The notes beneath the pieces were generated by a model. It saw only the letters and a list, made by a program, of their open reading frames with translations, did no database searches and had not been told where the DNA came from. From contig NC_068990.1 of assembly GCF_001194135.2 (NCBI RefSeq), forward strand, positions 60,889,545 through 60,921,803: DNA of 32,259 nucleotides, written 5' to 3'. Positions 23,791 through 32,259 of the stretch are shown piece after piece. Source of the DNA: Octopus bimaculoides. Its lineage: Eukaryota. The translations under genes and the position numbers were made by a program. Within the stretch, counting starts at the first letter, position 1, and every line of letters begins with the position of its first letter.

Positions 23791-24249
23791 TATTATTATT
23801 ATTATGAAAAATATCAGGATTAATATTGTCATTATTAAATGACGGTAGATGTCTGCAGAATTTTGGACAATGAACAAAATGTTTTATGTTATTTCCATCA
23901 CTATATATTCCATTTCAACTATCATCTGGATTGAATTTGGCATTGATGAAAGATGTTAATAATTCTAAGTATATTCTAATAATAGTTCTCAATGTTAATT
24001 AATTCTATCTTTCCTGCTTTTCTGGCGTTTATTCTGTTTTAAGTAATGCTTGTATATATTTGTGTATGAGTGTGTGTAAATCTTTCTTTTCTTTTATTTA
24101 AGATAAGAAAATGTTCAAATTGAAGGAATTCTTCTTCAATAACAGAAAAAAAAACAACAAAAAATTACTGTATCAACTGATGTATATAATCACATCAATA
24201 CTTGGCATTGAATTAATATATGTATGTATGTATGGATGGATGGATGGAT

Positions 24250-24308
<59 letters not shown>

Positions 24309-24331
24309 GATAGTAATTAGGTCATTAACAG

Positions 24332-24429
24332 GGAAAGGAAAATTTCAGAGAGAAAACTGAGGTCAGAGAAAGTTCACTTAACACATGCTATGATGGAATC
24401 TGCTATCAATCAGTTTGCTTTTGATCCAG
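24332..24429 (+). CDS. Candidate exon (ERKISERKLRSEKVHLTHAMMESAINQFAFDP)
   Basis: CATTAACAG acceptor, one open frame (phase 2 to 1), weak donor CAG|GTGTTT. Confidence 0.22.
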
Positions 24430-24759
24430 GTGTTTAATGCCAAGCAGAGGTTTGCCAAAAATACTTGTGTCACACAATTAAGGTCTTTGTTAATGTCAAA
24501 AGCAGAAATTTCTGCTAAAATTCTTAACAGCCATATATGATATAGGAGAGCAGGTGTCCGATAGATTTAATTCTACAAAATTCATACTGGTGGTTATTGA
24601 ACAGGAAAAGAGAGATTCAATGAATTATTATGAATTTGCAGTCATATAACCAACAATTTTGACTACTGATGGAATCTTATACATTTAAGTGTAAAAGGGA
24701 ATCTTGATCTGTGGAGATTATGTTAGAACTAAAGAGTACTGCATTATATACCTTGAGAA

Positions 24760-25010
24760 GGTCACTGGCTATTTGTAACATCAGTGCCTGAATAGACTTT
24801 ATGATTCTATACATCATTGATGGGAGATTTGGTTGTTATCACACTGCTGGATGTCTGTCACTGAAGAACCCATACCAAGGTAAAATCACGTGATCTAGCA
24901 GTTCCAGTGGCCAAAGCAGATGGTTCTCATCTGTCAGTGATATAATTGTGTGTACTTTTTATGTATTATGAGTCCTTATGACAGATCCACTCAAGGTAAA
25001 TACCACAGTA
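24760..25010 (+). ncRNA. Candidate long H/ACA-type RNA, copy 1
   Basis: Closing stem GGTCACTGG (24760-68) with CCAGTGGCC (24904-12), then H box AAAGCA (24913-18), hairpin ATCTGTCA/TGACAGAT (24929-36, 24979-86) and ACA (25005-07). Folded by eye only. Confidence 0.3.
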
Positions 25011-25111
25011 TCGCATGTTCTAAATCAACTTCCATGTTAAGTTGGAGAGCAAGATTATCTTTTAGTACTAATACTGCTTCTGTTACTATTAGCTAATTAT
25101 TTTTTTAATAA

Positions 25112-25362
25112 GCCCACTGGCTATTTGCAACAGCAGTGCCTGAATAAACACTGAGATTTTATATATCATTGATGGGAGACTCAGTTGTTATCACACTGCT
25201 GGACATCTGTCACTGAAGAACCCATAGCAGGGTGAAATCACATGATGTAGCAGTTCCAGTGGCCATAGCAGACGATTCTTGTCTATCAGTGATATAATCA
25301 TGTGTACTTTTTATGCACTACAAGTCCTTTTGAGAGATCTACTCAAGGTAAATATGACAGCG
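25112..25362 (+). ncRNA. Candidate long H/ACA-type RNA, copy 2
   Basis: CCACTGG (25114-20) pairs with CCAGTGG (25256-62), then H box ATAGCA (25265-70), GTCTATCA/TGAGAGAT with one mismatch, and ACA (25357-59). Confidence 0.28.
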
Positions 25363-25659
25363 TTCTGTGTTCTAACATTAGGTTGGAGATCAAGATTATC
25401 TTTTGGTATTAACACTATTTCTGTTGCTATTTATTATTTTTTAAATGATAAAAGTAGTATACATCATTAGACATCATCTTTACTTCATAAATGAAACAGC
25501 AACCATCTATGTACTATATGTTGTTCTATTTGTCCTATTAGAACTCTATAATCTATGGTTTTGAGGAAATTTTATTTCTTCTATGTTCAATATGGGTAAT
25601 TTTTCCAATTTGTTTTATAAAGCAATTTTTGTCTGATACACACGGATGTTGTTATAGAC

Positions 25660-26140
25660 ACAGGTATGGCTGTGTGCTTAAGACATTCACTTTGTAGTTA
25701 TGTGATTTCAAGCTCAATTTCATCATGTGGTATCATGGGCAAGTGTCTTTGACTATAGCCTGAGGCTGACCAATACCCAGTGAGTGAAATTTGGTACACG
25801 GACACTTTACATAAGCCTGTCATGTATACATAATCATATCTGTTAATTAGCTGATGACTGGAGTATATGTTTGATGTGCTTGTTGATTGTGACTTTTGTA
25901 TCTTGAATGGAGTAACAGCATTAAGCAGTGATGTATGTATACATCTATAGCCCCAGGGTAACCAATACTTTGTGAATGAATTTGGTAGACTGAAAATGTG
26001 TGGAAACTCATAATGTGTGTGTTTGTGTGTCTGTGTTTGTATGTTGGTTTGTTTATGTCCTTGTGGCAAAAGAATCCAATTGAATAAGTATCAGGTTTAA
26101 ATATATGTACTGGAGTAGATCTGTTTGACTAAAACCCTTT
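25660..26140 (+). mobile_element. Fragmented old family A SINE pieces
   Basis: Head CAGGTATGGCTGTGTG at about 25660 and a second body plus 3' part at about 25940-26140, ending at the long-TIR MITE. Confidence 0.6.
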
Positions 26141-26149
26141 GTATAAATA

Positions 26150-26314
26150 CAAACTTGTTACCAGTTCAAATATGCTTGTGTAGATAAATAGGTGTAAATT
26201 CACAGAGTCAGCTCACAGCAACCCCTAACCTGACTGTCTACAGCAAGAAATTTTCTCCATATCAAAATACAGTGAACGGCTTTCATAAGCATATTTGAAC
26301 TGATAACAAATTTG
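26150..26314. mobile_element. Long-TIR MITE, possibly Tc1/mariner-type
   Basis: CAAACTTGTTACCAGTTCAAATATGCTTGTG and CATAAGCATATTTGAACTGATAACAAATTTG match 28/31 as inverted repeats. Flanked by TA on the left and CA on the right. Confidence 0.7.
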
Positions 26315-27313
26315 CATTTTGTTTCTCATGTTCTTTTGGTTTTAAGTTGACCTTCATTGAAATTCTAGCTGTCATAAGAGTAAACTTGTTTAAGGAGTTC
26401 TTAAATTTCTAATTTATGATGGTTTTGTTGTATATGTTACACCATTTATATCACATGGTTGTTCTGCTTAAAGATTCTGATTCTGGTAAGAGTAATACTT
26501 ATTTCTGGGTTTCTAGTTTATGGAGGTTTTGTTGCATATGCGTGCGTGTGTGTGTGTATGTGTTTATATCTGTGAGTCTTTGTCTCCCTTAAACAAAATG
26601 TTTGGCAATAGTTCAACATGTGAAAACATGGACTAAAATACCATTATCAAAAAACAAGGGATGGCGTTAGAAAGTGCAACCAACTGTGGAATATGTCCTC
26701 AAGAAACTTCATCCAACCCATGCTTGCATGAAAATAAAAAGCAGAGCTAAAAATGGAAAATAGTAGTGTGGCAGCAACCATGTGAAAGAGTGTGATAATC
26801 TCACTGTTCCAAGCTGTTAATTGAACCATTCATTTGATGTCTAATAATCAAAAAAAAAAAAAAAATCTGTATGAATTTCTCTGGTTTATTCATTTATTAT
26901 GGCATTTGTAGTTGTCCAGAGAAATTTCTGAATGGCAAGTCAATACAAAGACTTTAATGTAGTTCTTTGACCTGCTAGAAATAACAGCAAGATTTTTGTA
27001 CTTCTGTTTTAAAAACAAAGGACACACTGAATCATGTGACTTTCTGAACATTGTGAAAGATCAGTTGGAACACTTTTGATCATAAGTCTGTTTAATCATG
27101 ACTGATCAACAACATGACTAAACAGCAACAATAACAGCATTTTGATAAATCAGGGGCTTTCGAACTTTTGTAGCTTAGCATCCTATTTCATGGAATGGAA
27201 TTTTATAAACAGTCCCACTCCTGCCCTCTCCACATGACTTCCAAAGCATAAAAGCTTATTATTTTAGTCAAACTGTAAAACAGAGACTAACTTTGTTCAG
27301 TGGTATATTACCC

Positions 27314-27592
27314 TAGGGGTTTTCAAACTTTTTGACTTGCGGATCCCTTTATATTTCAGGCTTTACCTTAGGGACCCCCTTATAAACGCTTATGAAATTT
27401 ATACATAAATATTTGCTTAAAATAACAGATATTTTTACATTTATTTATTTAACAGTATTTAGCAAATAGGTTTATTGTCAATTAAAAGATTTCGATTAAA
27501 AAACATATATAAAATCAAATTGCCCATAAAAAGCATTTGCTGTCCATGGACCCCCTGTCTTGTCCTTGCAGACCACAGTTTGAAAACCCCTG
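27314..27592. mobile_element. hAT-superfamily MITE, 279 bp
   Basis: TIRs TAGGGGTTTTCAAAC and GTTTGAAAACCCCTG (14/15). Perfect 8-bp target-site duplication TATTACCC at 27306-27313 and 27593-27600. No ORF. Confidence 0.92.
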
Positions 27593-27851
27593 TATTACCC
27601 CATCCAGTATGTCCATCAGTTTAGATATTTGCATGAACTAGTGACCCCAGTATTTAATCTCTATGGAAATGAAAAAATTACATTGAACCTTCAGTCATCA
27701 TCAGTCATGTTCTTCGGCTTACAGATAACTTTCTTTTGTTAAAATTTGATAAAAACAAACGTTTTTTTTTTGTTTGTGTGTGTGGTGGGGGTCGGGGTGA
27801 GAATTGTACTTCAAATATAAGCATTGTACTTTGTTTAAATATTGTTTTAAG

Positions 27852-27897
27852 GAAAAATGAAATCACAACCTCTCCACATTTGCCATAGTGCTCTCTT
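27852..27897 (+). CDS. Candidate exon (KMKSQPLHICHSAL)
   Basis: TTGTTTTAAG acceptor, consensus GTAAGT donor, one open frame (phase 1 to 2). Confidence 0.3.
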
Positions 27898-28246
27898 GTA
27901 AGTGCACAATGCACTTCCACCAGCATCACCAAAGTAGTTATTAGCCTAGGTGGTACACCCATGTTATTATGTTAAATGAAATACAATGACTACAAAAACG
28001 ATGATATATGGTCACCTGCCTTTATCCAATTAATTTTCACTTAATATCTTCTCATCCAGTATAGCTTTCCTTTCTCTCTCTCTCTCTCATATACTTCAGC
28101 TGTTCAATCCCTACATTTGTCGGGGATTTAATGGTGCATACAAATAAAAAATTTAAAAAACAACAAAATCCACTCATAAATAAGACACCTTATAGATAAC
28201 ATCACTTAAAGATAGATAAACATATAACATAATAATAATAATAATA

Positions 28247-29474
28247 TCAGGTCATTCCATAAGTTCTGTCTGATTTTACCTTTTTTTTAAAATTGAATGA
28301 AATTTAATAGCATTTTAGAATGTCTAATGGAATTAAAAATTATTTTTATGCACTTGTGTACATTTAAACTAATTAAATATTATTTTACAGAATAGTAGAA
28401 TTAAAATTTCTTTGATTAAAACCCTTTCTAACATGGAAGTATCCAAAGAGCATTTGAGGCACATAATGCTTTATGAGTACAAAAAAGGAAACTCTGCAGC
28501 CGAAGCGACTCCAAATATACACTCAGTTTATGGGAAAGAATGCTTGAATGAAAGAACTTGCAGAAGATGGTTTGCAAAATTCAGAAGTGGAAATTTCAGC
28601 CTTGAAGATGAAGATCGAACAGGACGTCCAGTTGCATTTGAGGCATTATTTGAAGAAAATCCTGCATTATTAGTTGAAGAATTGGCAATAAAGCTTAGTT
28701 CAAACCATACAACTGTTCATCGTCATCTTCAACAACTTGAAAAGGTTCCTAAACTTGGAAAATGGATGCCTCATGAATTGTCTGAAAGCAACCGCAAATC
28801 CCGAATTGACATCTGCTCTTCTCTCCATTCTCATGAACTCATTTCATCCTTTTTGGATTGACTTGTGACTGATGATGAAAAATGGATCTTCTATCGAAAT
28901 GTTAAACGTCGTAAACAGTGGCTTGGTAAAAAGGAGAAAGCTCAACCACAACCAAGAAGGGAACTTCATGGAAAAAAGGTTCTTATCACTTAATGCAACA
29001 ATCAATGCTCAAGTCTACTGTCAGCAGTTACAGCGTTTGAACCAAACTTTGAAGGAAAAGAAACCCGCTTTAGTGAATCGAAAAGGAATAAAGTTTCATC
29101 AGGACAATGCATGACTCCACACTGCAAAGTTCACATCACAGAAGATCGAAGAGCTTGGTTGGGAAAAAATTCCTCATCCACCTTATTCTCCAGACCTTGC
29201 TCCTTCAGACTACCATTTGTTTCATAGTTTAGAGAATCATTTGGGGAACATAACTTTTGCAAGACAGGTGGAGGTTGAAACTAACATTTCAGAGTTCTTC
29301 CCTTTGAAACCAAAAGACTTTTACATTGATGGGATTAAAAAGCTTATAAATAGATGGAAGGAAGTCATAGATAATCAGGGAAAGTACATTGATGATTAAA
29401 TTTCAATTAAATATAACATTTGATCACTTGTTTTCTTTATTCAAAATTCGGACAGAACTTATGGGATGACCTGA
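28247..29474 (+). mobile_element. Full-length mariner (Tc1/mariner, DD34D) DNA transposon, 1228 bp
   Basis: Left TIR TCAGGTCATTCCATAAGTTCTGTCTGA (28247-28273); right TIR TCGGACAGAACTTATGGGATGACCTGA (29448-29474); 25/27 match as inverted repeats. TA flanks both ends (28245-46, 29475-76). Encloses a transposase pseudogene. Confidence 0.96.
28433..29399 (+). pseudogene. Mariner transposase pseudogene
   Basis: Starts MEVSKEHLRHIMLYEYKKG. Contains the HTH region (RRWFAKFRSG), WMPHEL (canonical WVPHEL), TDDEKW, HQDNA and YSPDLAPSDY, with 34 residues between the last two catalytic Asp. Ends GKYIDD*. Disabled by two in-frame TGA (FLD*LVT, DNA*LHT) and a frameshifting deletion near 28985-28995. Confidence 0.95.
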
Positions 29475-29514
29475 TAATAATAACAACAACAACAACAGCA
29501 CCACCACCACTACC

Positions 29515-29546
<32 letters not shown>

Positions 29547-29615
29547 CAACAGTAATAATGATAATAATAATGACAGCAACACCAATAATAAATAATGATG
29601 ATAACAACAAGTAAT
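29475..29615 (+). repeat. Compound trinucleotide microsatellite (TAA/CAA/CCA)
   Basis: Directly visible; explains the low-complexity ORFs at 29420-29663. Confidence 0.95.
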
Positions 29616-30017
29616 AACAAACTTTCTAGAAACTAAAATAAATAATCCAAATGATATATACATACTATAAATCTCAACAAATTGTCTCGTTCATGAAGTA
29701 CTTTGATTNNNNNNNNNNNNNNNNNNNNNNNNNNNNNNNNNNNNNNNNNNNNNNNNNNNNNNNNNNNNNNNNNNNNNNNNNNNNNNNNNNNNNNNNNNNN
29801 NNNNNNNNNNNNNNNNNNNNNNNNNNNNNNNNNNNNNNNNNNNNNNNNNNNNNNNNNNNNNNNNNNNNNNNNNNNNNNNNNNNNNNNNNNNNNNNNNNNN
29901 NNNNNNNNNNNNNNNNNNNNNNNNNNNNNNNNNNNNNNNNNNNNNNNNNNNNNNNNNNNNNNNNNNNNNNNNNNNNNNNNNNNNNNNNNNNNNNNNNNNN
30001 NNNNNNNNNNNNNNNNN

Positions 30018-30062
<45 letters not shown>

Positions 30063-30895
30063 GCATGTATGTATGTATGTATATTGGTAAATTTTGATGT
30101 TGATGTTGCATAGATTTTATGCTTTTTTGTTTTTACTTTATTTTTATTTTTTTATCTGTTTTACTATTCTGTGAACTTTTTCAATCAGATAGCAGAGAAG
30201 ATGAATTATTTATCTCTAATGTTTTACTACAGTTATTCCTCTACAGAAATCTTGTCTCTAGTTTCTGTTTCATTTTTTTATTTATTCTCGTCTTTTTGTC
30301 TTGTTTATTTTTTTTTTTAATTTTTACTTTTTATTCTCTACAACATGAAGTTGTTTTCTTCATTTATCAGATAATTACTATCAACATTTACAACTTAAAC
30401 ATTTTTGCTTCTTGATTTTCCTCCTTCATTATTCTATCCTTCTCACTTTGCATGTATATATGTAATATATTTTAAGTGTTGTGTGGTATTTATATCCATT
30501 TCATTTCTGCAATTCCTCATCAATCTAGATATAATTTCACATTTCTTAAGTATATGTATAATATATATATATATATATATANNNNNNNNNNNNNNNNNNN
30601 NNNNNNNNNNNNNNNNNNNNNNNNNNNNNNNNNNNNNNNNNNNNNNNNNNNNNNNNNNNNNNNNNNNNNNNNNNNNNNNNNNNNNNNNNNNNNNNNNNNN
30701 NNNNNNNNNNNNNNNNNNNNNNNNNNNNNNNNNNNNNNNNNNNNNNNNNNNNNNNNNNNNNNNNNNNNNNNNNNNNNNNNNNNNNNNNNNNNNNNNNNNN
30801 NNNNNNNNNNNNNNNNNNNNNNNNNNNNNNNNNNNNNNNNNNNNNNNNNNNNNNNNNNNNNNNNNNNNNNNNNNNNNNNNNNNNNNNNNNNNNNN

Positions 30896-30941
<46 letters not shown>

Positions 30942-31784
30942 GTATAAATATATATACATATAAATAGATATAAATATATATACACACACACATATAAATG
31001 CAAATATAGGTAAAGATATAGATATGTACACATGCATATGTATATATATATATACACACACACACACATACACAAACATGTGCGCGTTTGCCTGCACCCA
31101 TGCACACACACACACACACTCACACACACATGTATATATACAATATTCATATTTATTCAATTTCAGTCAGGAACCACATGTTTTAAGTATGAGCGTTTCT
31201 AAAAGATTTTGTCATTGTATTGGTGGTACTTAGGTCACTGTTAAAATTATTTTTCTCATTTAAACATCTACAAATTACAGTTACTCAGGGATAATCTAAC
31301 TTTTAGCACTAATAAATTTCTTTCTTAATATTTTTTTTTTCCATCCTTAACAATAAACATTTCGCTTCAATACTAGAAATTACTTTAAGAAATAAAATCT
31401 ATCAATTTGGTTAAGTGGTGGGTTTAATTATAATGCTGCTGTTGTTGTTGTTGATTAGATTAGTGAAATCATTAAAGCATCAGACAAAAAGGCCTGTTGT
31501 ATTTATTTTGGCTCTTTACATTCTGTGTTCAAATCCTGCTGAGGTCAATGTTGCCTTTCATCTTTTCAGAGTCGTAAAATGAAGTACCTGTACTAGTCGA
31601 TTATTGGAATTGATGGTGCTATTTGTTCCTGCTCTTTACATTTTAAGTTCAAATCCCACAGAGGTCAACATTGTGCCAGTGAAATACTAGGATCAATGTA
31701 ATCAAATGTTTCCCCCCTCTCAAATTTCTGGTAATTTTCTTGTGTAGGAAATTATTATTTAGAATAAGGCATTAATCAAGTTTT

Positions 31785-32135
31785 GACAGGCTTACAAAGT
31801 ATAAGTCCTGGGGTCGATTTCTTCAACTAAAGGCAGTGCTCCAGCATGGCCACGGTCAACTGACTGAAACAAGTAAAAGAGTTGAGAGTGCAGAGGGTGT
31901 TATTGATTAGTTGATGTGTTCAAATTGTGTCATTAAAAAAATATATATCCAGTGTTGTTTTTATGATCAAGATGCAGCTGTAGCTGTGTGGTAAGAAGTT
32001 TGCTTCTCAACCACATGAATCTGGGTTCAATTCCATTGTGTGGCACCTTTGACAAGTGTCTCTACTATAACCTTGGGCCAACCAAAGCCTTGTGAGTGGA
32101 TTTAGTAGACGAAGACTGAAAGAAGCACGTCATAT
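31785..32135 (+). mobile_element. Family A SINE 3' end (31785-31885) and 5' half (31970-32135)
   Basis: Matches family A motifs; the 5' half runs into the terminal (TA)/(TG)n. Confidence 0.75.
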
Positions 32136-32170
32136 ATATATGTGTGTGTGTGTGTGTGTATATATATATG

Positions 32171-32236
<66 letters not shown>

Positions 32237-32259
32237 GTATGTATATATATATATATATA

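Larger units (their letters stand above)
24760..25445 (+). repeat. Diverged tandem duplication, period 352 bp, two copies
   Basis: 24760-25110 and 25111-25445 align along their length. Shared blocks include CACTGGCTATTTG, TCATTGATGGGAGA, GTTGTTATCACACTGCTGGA, CTGTCACTGAAGAACCCATA, AGCAGTTCCAGTGGCCA, ACTCAAGGTAAATA and CAAGATTATCTTTT. Confidence 0.93.

Noticed and set aside
26221-26232. ACCCCTAACC as a telomerase template or telomeric remnant
   Set aside because: A single imperfect unit inside a MITE spacer, with no array.
27705-27962. Minus-strand ORF with REHYGKCGEV, vaguely RRM-like
   Set aside because: No RNP1/RNP2 motifs and a weak donor (GTTGTG); the plus strand has better splice signals at the same place.
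30119-30415. Hydrophobic 98-aa ORF suggesting a membrane protein
   Set aside because: T-rich low-complexity sequence gives F/L/I by composition; no supporting splice structure or homology recognised.

Overview
AT-rich, microsatellite-dense eukaryotic DNA from a draft assembly with 10 N-gaps (about 3.4 kb). The SINE families and repeat density look like an octopus (coleoid cephalopod) genome; this is an inference, not a database result. Most of the window is repeats: three tRNA-headed SINE families (A, B, C), a short retroposon with a (GAT)n tail (R), a full-length but dead DD34D mariner (28247-29474), a second mariner remnant, a non-autonomous Helitron-like element, and MITEs of hAT, piggyBac-like and TA-flanked types. 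Almost all ORFs in the supplied track are translated microsatellites, gaps or SINEs. The only recognisable protein is the mariner transposase pseudogene. A phase-compatible chain of small plus-strand candidate exons suggests the window lies in introns of an unidentified gene (low confidence). The most unusual feature is a 352-bp tandem duplication (24760-25445). Both copies keep a closing stem, an ANANNA box and a terminal ACA, so it may be a pair of long H/ACA-type intronic RNAs. I found no strong evidence for a large novel multi-gene system. SINE boundaries are approximate (about +/-15 bp).
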